From a virus (taxonomy: Duplodnaviria > Caudoviricetes), in the IMG/VR virus record IMGVR_UViG_3300028048_000039, positions 1 to 64,000 of that record: DNA of 64,000 nucleotides. The stretch is one strand, 5' to 3'. This document shows, piece after piece, positions 49,295-59,000 of the stretch. Every line of letters begins with the position of its first letter. Positions within the stretch are counted from its first letter, which is position 1. A program made the position numbers and the translations under genes. The notes under the pieces were generated by a model. It did no database searches. It saw only the letters and a program-made list of their open reading frames with translations, and had not been told where the DNA came from.

Positions 49295-50692
49295 ATGGCA
49301 AAGATTTTTAGTTGGAAAATAGACAGCAATAACTATGGTTACCTATACATTGATGGTAATAGACACATTTCGGAGAAGATTACTGATACAGCTAAACTTA
49401 ATTATATGGTTGCTGAGATGAAAACTTGGGATGCGGCTAAGGCTGAAGAAGAGTTTAACAAGATGGCAGATGAGGTACATAGGCTTTATCCTAACAAGAG
49501 TATGACTTGGAGTGAGGATTACTGGAAAGATGGTGGTGAGGACAGCAGTCTATTAATTCTAAATAACAGCAACAATAATGATGCAATTGACGAAGCTAAA
49601 GTTACCTCAATTGTGGATGGCTTCATGAATGATGTCGAAAGTAGATTGCTTGCGTTGGAAAACAATGTTAATGAGGCAAATGAGGGCCTTAAAAATGCAT
49701 TAACAGCCAAGATTGATGCCACATTAGGTGATGTTAATGACCGTCTTTCTTCTGCAATTTCTGAAATGAACGAAACCAGGGATGACCTAATTAATAAACT
49801 TGAGGGTGCAGCAAGCGCATTGACCGATGCAAGTAGTCTTTTCAAGATAAATGACAGTAATATAGATGCTGATAAGATAAAGAACAGTATTGACAAACTA
49901 GACAACATTGACATCCAAAAGATAGACCAGATAGATGACATCATTCCGATTATACCATCATTTAGTGGTATTACTGACCAAATTGACGACATTAACGATA
50001 AGATTGATGATTATGACAATTATAAGGGAAAGGTGGATAGTTTCTTTGACGATGATGATAAACCAAAATGGCAAGGCGTTGTTGATGATTGGAGCGGGGT
50101 CTATGATAGGTTGAAAGAACAAGGTTACTTAGACCAAGGACCAGATAATGATACCTATGGCGTTATGAGTTATTTTTCTAACACCATTGCATCAGTAAGC
50201 GGAACGCTATCAAATGTAAAGACTATAACCGATTCGAATAAAATAACAATTAATAATATTGATAATGTTGTTTCCGGAAAGGTTCAGACTATTGTTTCTG
50301 CATCACTTCAGGAGATAAACAATAACATTACTTCATTGAGTGGGCGTGTTCAGAGTATGGAGATGGAGCAGCACAGCAGTGGAGGAAATAGTGGTGGTGG
50401 AAATGGTAATGCTGGTTCGGAGATGACACAGAGTTCAGACACAATCGCCCAGAATGGCGGAAACTTCACTCAAACCAATGGAAGTGGCTTCTCAATATCA
50501 ATGGCCGATAGTGCAATCACAATTTCAAACGGTTCTTGTGACTTTATTATTGATAGTAATGGAATACAAATGACAAATGGTGCTGATAGTTTAGAAATTA
50601 AGAATAGCGGCGGAATTTGGCTTTCAGGAACCATCCACATGAGTGGTACATTATGGAAAGATGGACTCCTTGAGGGTGATTCATCACATTAA
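49295..50692 (+). CDS. Coiled-coil protein with C-terminal beta-repeat (spike or fibre-like)
   Basis: Heptad-rich middle; ITISNGSCDFIIDSNGIQMTNGADSLEIKNSGGIWLSG. Confidence 0.55.
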   Translation: MAKIFSWKIDSNNYGYLYIDGNRHISEKITDTAKLNYMVAEMKTWDAAKAEEEFNKMADEVHRLYPNKSMTWSEDYWKDGGEDSSLLILNNSNNNDAIDEAKVTSIVDGFMNDVESRLLALENNVNEANEGLKNALTAKIDATLGDVNDRLSSAISEMNETRDDLINKLEGAASALTDASSLFKINDSNIDADKIKNSIDKLDNIDIQKIDQIDDIIPIIPSFSGITDQIDDINDKIDDYDNYKGKVDSFFDDDDKPKWQGVVDDWSGVYDRLKEQGYLDQGPDNDTYGVMSYFSNTIASVSGTLSNVKTITDSNKITINNIDNVVSGKVQTIVSASLQEINNNITSLSGRVQSMEMEQHSSGGNSGGGNGNAGSEMTQSSDTIAQNGGNFTQTNGSGFSISMADSAITISNGSCDFIIDSNGIQMTNGADSLEIKNSGGIWLSGTIHMSGTLWKDGLLEGDSSH

Positions 50693-50713
50693 TCTTGTTT
50701 TTAACTCTAATTG

Positions 50714-50764
50714 AGCCACTTTCTTAATGGAAGGTGGCTTTTTTCTTCCATTTAAACTATTTAT
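50714..50764 (+). terminator. Terminator (AGCCACTTTC/GGAAGGTGGCT + T run) followed by ACTATTTAT (50756-50764)
   Basis: Hairpin with T tract, then the recurrent motif. Confidence 0.75.
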
Positions 50765-50784
50765 GTAGAGAAAAATGTTTCATA

Positions 50785-53265
50785 ATGGGAAGAATCGTCG
50801 TAAATAAACACACAAATGTACCTTCAGGGATAACAAGCGACAGTTTTGTTAATCTTGGTGAGATTGTAATATCCAACTTAAAAGGGGAGGAAGAGATTTA
50901 TATCAAAAACAACGAAAATGAGGTTGTTGGTATTACAGATAGGGTAACAGAGCAGATAACCAATCTTAGTGGTGATGTTGTAAGCAATTATTACACAAAG
51001 GGGGAGGTTGATGATTTAGATGCCGCCATCAGTAGCGACGCAAATTCATATACAGATGAGCAAATAACAAATCTTAGTGGTGGTGTTGTAAATAATTATT
51101 ATACAAAGGAGGAGGTAGACCAGACAACTCAAGATATTTTTACCAATGCATGTAATTATACAGATTTACAAGTAGGAAATCTTAGTGGTTCTGTAAATAC
51201 CTTATCTAGCGCCACAATTGCATTCAGTGCAGAAACGGTTGCTGAATTTGAAAATCTTGAATACCTTATTTCAATGCTCTCAGGTTCTTCTTCCGCATCT
51301 TATGAGAGTCTTATTGCCTTAATAACCGATATCAGTGGGCAAACAAGGGATAATACAACAGACATTTCAACATTATCGGGCTCAGTTTTCTCCTTTAGTG
51401 GTGTAATAGTCAATAATTATTGGACTTCTGCAGAGACAGAAGGTGTGATTTCAGATGCCCTAACAGACGCAAAGGATTATACAGACGGCTCTCTTTCAGC
51501 ATTCAGTGCCGCTATAATCACTTATTCCGATGACAATGACGATGCCATCAATGACAAGATAGACAAATTCAGTGCAAATGTGGTTGCCAATTATTCAACT
51601 TCCGCAGATACCGAAGATGCATTGAATACAGCAAAAGATTATACCGATAGTTCAATTTCAGCATTGAGTGCGTCGGTAATAGGTTACACAGACAATTCCA
51701 TTAGCGGATTAAGCGGTTCAGTTCTTTCCTATGTAGACGAAAAAGACAGTGATATTAACGACAGAATAGACGATACCAATGACGCATTAGAAGAGTTAAG
51801 CGGTTCGGTTGTTACAAAGTATGCAACATCAGCAGATACCGTAAGTGCGATTACCGATGCTCTGTCTGACGCAAAAGATTATACCGATGAAAAGGTTGGC
51901 GATTTATCAGGAAATGTCGTAACTACGATTTCGGGCTTCTCAGGTGACGTTAAAAACTACATAGATGGAAGGTTATCCAGGGTTTATAGATTCAAGGGGA
52001 GCGTTCAGAGGTTTGAAGACCTCCCTAATGATGTTGAGGATGGTGATGTTTATAATGTCATTCAAGAGCATGTAGTCAGTGGCGGAACAGTAATACCTGG
52101 CGGAACAAATTATGCATGGAATGAAAATGATTCCAAATGGGATGAACTCGGAGGTACTATAGACCTTTCAGGCTATGTAACTAAGAATGAACTTAGCGCC
52201 GACCTTGAAGAAATGGAAGGTGAAATTTCAGCCATTTCAGCAACTGTCATTACTGTTAGTGGAAACATCATTACTGAAATCAATACATTATCTTCAAACA
52301 CTCACAATGAGATTGAAAGTGCTAAGACCGATTTAATGGGATACGTCAATGAAGTAAGCGGTGATGTTACAAGCAAGTTATATGAACTTTCTTCCACAAC
52401 AGAGACATTTAGCGGAAATGTTGTTTCTGAACTTGCAACATTGTCTTCTAACACCCATAGCGAAATAGAAGCCGCAAAGGAGACATTAAGCGGAGACATT
52501 CAGACAGTAAGCGGGAATGTTATCAATTTGTCGGCGGGTACTGAAGAAGCAATTTCCGAAGCGATTACCGAAAGCAAGGATTATACCGATGAGAAGATAA
52601 GTGGTACAACAAGCGATTTATCTGAATTATCGGGAACAGTAGCAACGTTAAGCGGTGCGGTTATTGACAATTATGCCACATCTGCTGATACTGTTAGTGC
52701 GGTTACTAACGCTTTGGCTAACGCTAATGATTATACTGATGAAAAGGTTAGTGGAGTTACTGATAATGTTAGTGAGTTGTCTGGCAGCGTTGAGACGTTT
52801 AGCGGAAATGTTGTTTCTGCAATAGACAATACCCTTACCGAGAGCAAAGAATATACTAACACAAAGGTTAGTGGCGTTACTGATAATGTTAGTGAGTTAT
52901 CAGGAAGTGTCATTGCCCTTTCAGCAGGTACCGAAGAAAAGATTGATAGTGCCATTACTGAAAGCGAAGGATATACTGATGAGAAGATTGAATCTCTCTC
53001 AGCAAATACTGAAAATGCAATTGCAAGTGCCATTACCCAGGCAAACGAACACACTGATAGTGTGGCAGAAGTGATTACAACGGCATTGTCAGCGGTTTCA
53101 GCAACAGCAATTACTGCAATACAAGATATCCAATTTGCCAAGTTAGAAAGTGGTTATACGGTAACTTATGGAAATATAAAAATAAAGAGAGAAAATAACA
53201 TTGTTACTATTGATTTAAGTGAAATGGATATAGTAGGTAATAGGGAAGATGACGATTATGAGTAA
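50785..53265 (+). CDS. Coiled-coil fibre protein with dense Ser-Gly/Ser-Ala repeats
   Basis: AKDYTD repeats, about 30 SG dipeptides, VYRFKGSV...GDVYNV...GTNYAW...WDELGG knob. Confidence 0.75.
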   Translation: MGRIVVNKHTNVPSGITSDSFVNLGEIVISNLKGEEEIYIKNNENEVVGITDRVTEQITNLSGDVVSNYYTKGEVDDLDAAISSDANSYTDEQITNLSGGVVNNYYTKEEVDQTTQDIFTNACNYTDLQVGNLSGSVNTLSSATIAFSAETVAEFENLEYLISMLSGSSSASYESLIALITDISGQTRDNTTDISTLSGSVFSFSGVIVNNYWTSAETEGVISDALTDAKDYTDGSLSAFSAAIITYSDDNDDAINDKIDKFSANVVANYSTSADTEDALNTAKDYTDSSISALSASVIGYTDNSISGLSGSVLSYVDEKDSDINDRIDDTNDALEELSGSVVTKYATSADTVSAITDALSDAKDYTDEKVGDLSGNVVTTISGFSGDVKNYIDGRLSRVYRFKGSVQRFEDLPNDVEDGDVYNVIQEHVVSGGTVIPGGTNYAWNENDSKWDELGGTIDLSGYVTKNELSADLEEMEGEISAISATVITVSGNIITEINTLSSNTHNEIESAKTDLMGYVNEVSGDVTSKLYELSSTTETFSGNVVSELATLSSNTHSEIEAAKETLSGDIQTVSGNVINLSAGTEEAISEAITESKDYTDEKISGTTSDLSELSGTVATLSGAVIDNYATSADTVSAVTNALANANDYTDEKVSGVTDNVSELSGSVETFSGNVVSAIDNTLTESKEYTNTKVSGVTDNVSELSGSVIALSAGTEEKIDSAITESEGYTDEKIESLSANTENAIASAITQANEHTDSVAEVITTALSAVSATAITAIQDIQFAKLESGYTVTYGNIKIKRENNIVTIDLSEMDIVGNREDDDYE

Positions 53266-53665
53266 AATTACACTAAACGAAAGTCAATTGATGAAAATCA
53301 TTGCTGAGTCAATCAGGAAAAAACTTGATGACCTCAAGAAGAACACAACTGTAGACATCAATGATGCTGTTAGATTGATTGGGGCAATGAAAAATTCTAA
53401 AGAATATTATGACCATACCGGAGGTAGATATGATGAAGATATGGAGGCTGGTGATGCCTTCTTAAAACATCCAGTTGTGGTTCCATTTATTATGATGGAT
53501 GATATGTCAGATAAGAAACTCGAAATAATTGGCGTAGCATTTGGACAAGATGATGATGGATATTATTTTGAAGGAATAACCGAAGACGATGATAACCCAC
53601 TTAACTTTTGCGTCATTAGATTAAATCACGAAAAAGTACAGGAACTAATAGATGCGTTGTATTAA
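53258..53665 (+). CDS. Hypothetical protein with head-targeting-like leader
   Basis: MSKITLNESQLMKIIAESIRKKL. Confidence 0.55.
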   Translation: MSKITLNESQLMKIIAESIRKKLDDLKKNTTVDINDAVRLIGAMKNSKEYYDHTGGRYDEDMEAGDAFLKHPVVVPFIMMDDMSDKKLEIIGVAFGQDDDGYYFEGITEDDDNPLNFCVIRLNHEKVQELIDALY

Positions 53666-53671
53666 AAAAAG

Positions 53672-53700
53672 AAGCCGCAGGAATTAACCCACGGCTTTTT
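53672..53700. terminator. Bidirectional terminator
   Basis: AAGCCGCAGG-AATTAA-CCCACGGCTT between convergent genes. Confidence 0.7.
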
Positions 53701-53702
53701 CA

Positions 53703-54197
53703 TTACTCCTGAGCTTTCTTACTCTTCTTCTTAGCTTTCCTCGCCTCAGCTTCCTCTTTTCTCTTGTCCTCAATCTGAGCCATTACATACTGTCCGAGAA
53801 GCGCCATATTAACAGCCTCTTCCTTATACTTTTCGTAGTATCCAACAGGTATGGTTATTTGTGGACAACCAATTACAAGTTTGTCCTTCTCAGTATCATA
53901 AGATACCTTTTCCATTTCCATTCTCAGCCAAGCACGTTTAGCCTTCTCATCAGCAAATGGATGACCCTCAGCGTCAGAACCCTCAAATGCATCGAGGTAA
54001 CAAAGAATGAATACAAGGTCCTCCCTGTTTGAAGCATACTCAGCCAATTCATTAGCCTTAATAATCTTGCAAGGCTCCTTTGCTCTATTTACGAAGAGTG
54101 GCTGGAAGTCAACTCCATAATTTACGAGATTAAGCTCGTTAGCAATGTCATTTACCATGTTTTCCACTTCCTCAGAAGCAGGTGAATATTTTGCCAT
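53703..54197 (-). CDS. Hypothetical protein (weak resemblance to phage metallopeptidase-like fold, no HE motif)
   Basis: 164-aa ORF; TTGTTT-N17-TATATT upstream (54269-54241). Confidence 0.45.
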   Translation of the reverse strand: MAKYSPASEEVENMVNDIANELNLVNYGVDFQPLFVNRAKEPCKIIKANELAEYASNREDLVFILCYLDAFEGSDAEGHPFADEKAKRAWLRMEMEKVSYDTEKDKLVIGCPQITIPVGYYEKYKEEAVNMALLGQYVMAQIEDKRKEEAEARKAKKKSKKAQE

Positions 54198-54309
54198 ATT
54201 AATAATGTTTTATTTAGATTATTTTTTTTTATTTTTTGCTAATATACAAAAAGTTTTTCAAAAAAACAACTTGACAAAGAAATATACCTTTATTATATTA
54301 TATACAAAG

Positions 54310-55287
54310 ATGGAAAAAAATGAAAACATATCCGAAAAAGAACGAGAGAGGCGGCGTAAAATTTCTGAAGCGAGGAAGAAAGCGATTGAGGAAAAGCGTC
54401 GTAAGGGCTATCGTGCCTTCGTTGCGAAGCGTCGTAGAGAAAAGAAGAAAGCCGAAACAATAAAGAGAAGGGAAGAAGAAAAGAAGAAGAAGAAGCTTGA
54501 GAGACAGAAGGAGAGGGAAAGGAAGAAAAACCTTAAGAAGCATGGAAGGAAGAAACTGAGGGGCAGGAAGAAAATAAGGTATAGGAAAGTTAAGGAAAAG
54601 AAGACAAATGCCCTCCCAGAAGTTAAATTCAAGATAATCTCCTGCCGTAATGGAATACAGAACAAGTTTATTGGTGGTTACAGGACCTCAAGTGAGGCAT
54701 ATGAGGAGTTTAAGAAGTTGAGGAAACTAGATGAGAACGTAGTTTTCCCAGCAATGTACACAGGAACACGCTATACCAAGAATGTCATCGATGAATATGT
54801 CCTTATTGAAAAGACTGAGAGGGAACACGCAGGGTTAAGGAACGAATACGGAAAGATAGTTGAGCAGAAGGTGAATGTTGAAGGTTGGAAGGTAGTAGAC
54901 AAGTTTAGGTATAAGAAAGAGGAAACCTTCTGGGTTTGGGGGTACGATAATAAGAAGGAAAGGAAGGAATTTACATGGATTTATGAGAACGTGGTACTTA
55001 ATGGGATTACGGACATGGACTTCAAGAGAGTAATGATTTATAAGAATAAACTGCTAATTAAAGACGATAATGGTTACTTAGACCTCATAATTTGTAAAAA
55101 TGAAAGTGATTGTGCTCGTTTTTATAATAAACTAGAAGAAGTTGTAAGGAAAGATAAGGTTAGACAAGTAATTTTCGTTGGTGATGCCTGTTCAACCCTG
55201 AAGAAGAAAAGGGCGATAGAGGCTGAAATAATGGAATTTACGGGCTGGAACGAGAAAAAGACTAAGATGAACAGTACAACAAAGTAG
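54310..55287 (+). CDS. Hypothetical protein with extremely basic N-terminal region
   Basis: About 100 aa of K/R/E-rich sequence; TTGACA-N17-TATATT at 54271-54299 supports the 54310 start. Confidence 0.6.
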   Translation: MEKNENISEKERERRRKISEARKKAIEEKRRKGYRAFVAKRRREKKKAETIKRREEEKKKKKLERQKERERKKNLKKHGRKKLRGRKKIRYRKVKEKKTNALPEVKFKIISCRNGIQNKFIGGYRTSSEAYEEFKKLRKLDENVVFPAMYTGTRYTKNVIDEYVLIEKTEREHAGLRNEYGKIVEQKVNVEGWKVVDKFRYKKEETFWVWGYDNKKERKEFTWIYENVVLNGITDMDFKRVMIYKNKLLIKDDNGYLDLIICKNESDCARFYNKLEEVVRKDKVRQVIFVGDACSTLKKKRAIEAEIMEFTGWNEKKTKMNSTTK

Positions 55288-55429
55288 AAAAATTTTCAAT
55301 CATGAAAAATTATATTATTTTTTAATTTGTCCTAGTTTCTTAATAAATGTTTCTTATTTTAACGATTTAGACAACATATTATTCAGAATACTAAGGATTT
55401 AATTTCAATCATCCATTTTTATTTTTCAG

Positions 55430-55476
55430 AAAAGTCGTGCTTCGGTACGGCTTTTTCTTTTTTCCCCACTATTTAT
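55430..55476 (+). terminator. Terminator with cUUCGg loop, followed by ACTATTTAT (55468-55476)
   Basis: AAAGTCGTGC-TTCG-GTACGGCTTT + T run. Confidence 0.8.
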
Positions 55477-55592
55477 TAACGATTAAAATTGAACAAAATT
55501 AAAATAATTTTTATATGCCGTGCTGTATAGCAATTATACGGTTTGTTCTATAACGTTAAAGAATAATAATAAAAAGTAATGTAATTTAAATT

Positions 55593-58280
55593 ATGGCAAA
55601 AAGTAAAACAAGCCCGGATAGGCAAATGCTTGTCCATCTTAACGGTACAACGCAGATGACCGACCAGGACGTTAATAAATTGGCGTTAGGCGAAATCGCA
55701 GTGAACCATGGCGTGAAACCAGAACTCTACACTGTTTATACAGACAGTGCAAACACAGAGCACATTGCAAGATTTGTTGATGAGGCTGCTGTTGATGCAA
55801 AAATTGCTAACCTTAATATTGAACAGTATGCATTGTCCGCAACTGTTGAAGGATATCAAGCAGAAAATGACAGGAGATTAGATGCCCTTGAAGCAATTTC
55901 AGGCCAATCTCATACACATGAAAATAAAGCCCTTCTTGACACTTATACTCAGACCGAGGCTGACTTGGCTGACGCAGTTGCTAAGAAGCACGAACATGCA
56001 AACATGGAAGTCCTCACAGGTATTACCGCTGAGAAGGTGAGCGCATGGGATGCTGCTGAGCAGAACGCAAAAAACTATACAGATACTGAGGTTGCAGCCG
56101 CTTCAGGAAATGCAATCACCTCAGCAAATTCTTATACTGATGCTGCAAAGGCAGAGGTAATTGGTCAGACAGGAGACACCGCAACCGCAAATACCATCTA
56201 TGGTGCAAAGGCTTATGCTGAAAGTATCGTTGAATCTTCAATAACCGCAGCAACCGGAGACACCTTGGTTATTGCAAGCGCAGATGGCAAAACTATTAAA
56301 GTAGGCGCTTCAGAAGATTTATCTGACGCAGTTGCTAAGAAGCACGAACATGCAAACATGGAAGTCCTCACAGGTATTACCGCTGAGAAGGTGAGCGCAT
56401 GGGATGCTGCTGAGCAGAACGCAAAAGACTATACTGATGATGCACTTAATGCATACTACACTTCAGCACAGACTGACACCAAGATAGCAAATGCATCAGG
56501 AAATGCAATCACTTCGGCAAATTCTTATACTGATACCGCTAAGTCTGAACTTATCGGTGATATGACAGGTGATACTAAGACTCTTGGTGCATTGCAGGAT
56601 GCAATTGAGGCTCTTGATAGTAAAGCGGTGGTAACTGTTGAGAAATTAGGAACTCCTTCTTCTTCCGCTTATGCAGCAAGTTATGTTGTTAAACAGAACG
56701 GTGTACAAGTAGGTACTGCAATTGACATTCCTAAGGATTACTTGGTAAAGAGTGCAACTATTGAAGTATGTCAAACTGCTGACACTCCTGTCGCTGGACT
56801 TCAGCCAGGTGACAAGTACATTGACTTTGTAGTTAATGCAAAGGATGGGCAAGGTGAAGAAAGCCATATTTATCTTCCAATTGCTGACCTTGCACACGTT
56901 TATAAGGCTGGTAATGGTATTAATATTGATAATTCTGATGTTATAAGCGCAGTTGTTGATACTAACAATGCTAATGGACTTTCAGTAGGCGCTAATGGTA
57001 TTGCAATGGCACTTGCAACTTCTGGTGCTTCTGGTGCTATGAGCGCTGCTGACAAGGCTAAACTTGATGGTATTGCAAGTGGTGCTCAGGCAAACGTTAT
57101 CGAAACAGTTAAAGTTAATGGTACTGACCTTACAGTAACAGATAAGGCTGTTGACATTACAATGCCAACCAAACTTACAGACCTTACAAATGACGGTAAT
57201 TTTGTACAGGATGCAAGTTATGTACACACAGATAACAACTATACTACAGCAGAAAAGGAGAAACTTGCTGCCATCGAAGCTGATGCTGACGTAAACGTTA
57301 TCGAAGGTGTTCAGGTAAATGGTGATGACCTTACTCCTGATGCAAGCAAGAAGGTTAATGTAACTATTGCAGAAGGTACTGCTAATGGAACAATTAAAGT
57401 TAATGGTACAGATGTTAATGTTCATGGACTTGGAAGCGCAGCATATAGTGCCGCAACTGATTTTGACCTCGCAGGTGCTGCTGCTGACGCAAAGGCAGAG
57501 GTAATTGGTCAGTCAGGAGATGCCTCAACCGCAGATACCATCTATGGTGCTAAGGCTTATGCTGAAAGTCTTGTTGATGAGAAGAACGTTACAGCAAGCG
57601 GTGATAGCTATGTTTCAGCAACTGCAAGCAATAACCATGTTGTTGTTGCTGCTACAACCGGTACAGTATCTGCAGGACAGGATGTTCTTGCAACTGCAAG
57701 TGACGTTAAATCTTATGTTGGTACTGTAAGTGGAAACATTGAGAGTGCTATCACCAACGAAATAACTGCACGCACACAGGCTGACGAAGCACTTGATGCA
57801 AGAATTGATGCCCTTGAAGCAATTTCAGGCCAGACACAGAGTGCTCTTCAGGGTATAGACCATGGTACTGATGGCGATTATGTAACAACTACTGTTGGAG
57901 CCAAAGACTCAAATAACCATCAGAGTGTTGGCGTTGCGGTAACGGTTGTTGCTGTATCTGCCGCAACTGGTACCAACAAGGGTCTTGCAGAAGCAAGCGA
58001 CGTTAAGGCTTATGTTGACGATGCTGTTTCAGGTAAAAATGTTGAAGCAAGTGGTGATAACACTTACATTAATGCAAGTGCCAATAACAATGCAGTTTCT
58101 GTTTCAGCAATAACTACCACTCTTACAGGAACATCTGAGGGTATCGTTACTGCAGCAGAAATCAGAACCTTGGTTCGTGGCGTGGATACTACTGACCAAA
58201 ATCATTCAGCAAATGTTCAAGTCACTAGCGACAAGAAACTTGATTTCAGCAATATGATTATCGACTGCGGAACTTATTAA
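55593..58280 (+). CDS. Virion fibre protein with internal repeats
   Basis: LALGEIAVNH N-terminus, KKHEHAN repeats, SAADKAKLDGI, ANVIETVKVNG, C-terminal IIDCGTY. Confidence 0.8.
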   Translation: MAKSKTSPDRQMLVHLNGTTQMTDQDVNKLALGEIAVNHGVKPELYTVYTDSANTEHIARFVDEAAVDAKIANLNIEQYALSATVEGYQAENDRRLDALEAISGQSHTHENKALLDTYTQTEADLADAVAKKHEHANMEVLTGITAEKVSAWDAAEQNAKNYTDTEVAAASGNAITSANSYTDAAKAEVIGQTGDTATANTIYGAKAYAESIVESSITAATGDTLVIASADGKTIKVGASEDLSDAVAKKHEHANMEVLTGITAEKVSAWDAAEQNAKDYTDDALNAYYTSAQTDTKIANASGNAITSANSYTDTAKSELIGDMTGDTKTLGALQDAIEALDSKAVVTVEKLGTPSSSAYAASYVVKQNGVQVGTAIDIPKDYLVKSATIEVCQTADTPVAGLQPGDKYIDFVVNAKDGQGEESHIYLPIADLAHVYKAGNGINIDNSDVISAVVDTNNANGLSVGANGIAMALATSGASGAMSAADKAKLDGIASGAQANVIETVKVNGTDLTVTDKAVDITMPTKLTDLTNDGNFVQDASYVHTDNNYTTAEKEKLAAIEADADVNVIEGVQVNGDDLTPDASKKVNVTIAEGTANGTIKVNGTDVNVHGLGSAAYSAATDFDLAGAAADAKAEVIGQSGDASTADTIYGAKAYAESLVDEKNVTASGDSYVSATASNNHVVVAATTGTVSAGQDVLATASDVKSYVGTVSGNIESAITNEITARTQADEALDARIDALEAISGQTQSALQGIDHGTDGDYVTTTVGAKDSNNHQSVGVAVTVVAVSAATGTNKGLAEASDVKAYVDDAVSGKNVEASGDNTYINASANNNAVSVSAITTTLTGTSEGIVTAAEIRTLVRGVDTTDQNHSANVQVTSDKKLDFSNMIIDCGTY
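55969..56426. repeat. 104-bp perfect direct repeat (55969-56072, 56323-56426) inside the fibre gene
   Basis: CTGACGCAGTTGCTAAGAAG...CAGAACGCAAAA identical at both sites. Confidence 0.9.
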
Positions 58281-58301
58281 TAGTTGCGTATCATAAAAAG
58301 G

Positions 58302-58336
58302 AAATGGGGAGCAAATTATTGTTCCCCATTTTTTTT
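58302..58336. terminator. Terminator between convergent genes
   Basis: AAATGGGGAGCAA/TTGTTCCCCATTT + T run. Confidence 0.75.
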
Positions 58337-58588
58337 ATTTTTTCTCAGTATCTTTCTTACTTGTCTATTTTCTTGTCTAATTTTTTTCCATCGTAGATAA
58401 CGATATTTTAGACCAATCCAGAAACTCGGTTTCTTCGGATGTGTTAGGTTTTCAATCATTTCATCACCAAGACCATTTAACAGTTTCTTTTGGAATGCAG
58501 TCTTATCCAATTCGAGAGCAACTTCCTTACCCTTAATTTCATTATTTAAGCGCTTCAGTTCAACCAATGTTTCCTTGTCAATTTCCAT
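58316..58588 (-). CDS. Hypothetical protein
   Basis: 90-aa ORF in a tightly packed operon. Confidence 0.55.
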   Translation of the reverse strand: MEIDKETLVELKRLNNEIKGKEVALELDKTAFQKKLLNGLGDEMIENLTHPKKPSFWIGLKYRYLRWKKIRQENRQVRKILRKNKKNGEQ

Positions 58589-58589
58589 A

Positions 58590-59000
58590 CTAATCGTTGA
58601 GTATCATTGTATCATTATTATCATCTTCCTGTCTTGAAGAAGAACCCTCAGCAATGCTTTCAAAGAAAAGTTCGACATTATGAATAATCCATGTTATTCC
58701 GCTTGCAAAGCAAATGTCGCCAATCATAGCTACCCACCATAATCCAGTTCCGGCAAGGAGAATATTAAATGGTGTAATTGGAATTGGAATGAAAAACCAG
58801 TTAATTAAACTAAATATCCATCCGAGGTTTGCGGGAAGGCACATCATACAAGTAAAGAGTTGTCCAAAGTGTTCTGAAATATAATCAGCAGCATCCCTTA
58901 TCCTTTCAAAAAGACGAAATGGTCCACTAGCATGAACCATCATATTTGAAAGGCCATAGACAACAATGCAGTAAATAAAGAGAATTAAACCATTACTCAT
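58590..59000 (-). CDS. Membrane protein with CxxC (DUF1360-like)
   Basis: Several hydrophobic segments; GPFRLFERIR...LFTCMMCL. Confidence 0.55.
   Translation of the reverse strand: MSNGLILFIYCIVVYGLSNMMVHASGPFRLFERIRDAADYISEHFGQLFTCMMCLPANLGWIFSLINWFFIPIPITPFNILLAGTGLWWVAMIGDICFASGITWIIHNVELFFESIAEGSSSRQEDDNNDTMILND

Noticed and set aside
55288-55430. Possible small gene or RNA in an AT-rich gap
   Set aside because: Only very short ORFs and no convincing structure; I recognised no tRNA or rRNA anywhere in the window by eye
55969-56426. Diversity-generating retroelement TR/VR pair
   Set aside because: Copies are identical, both are in frame within one gene, there is no adenine-specific variation and no reverse transcriptase in the window
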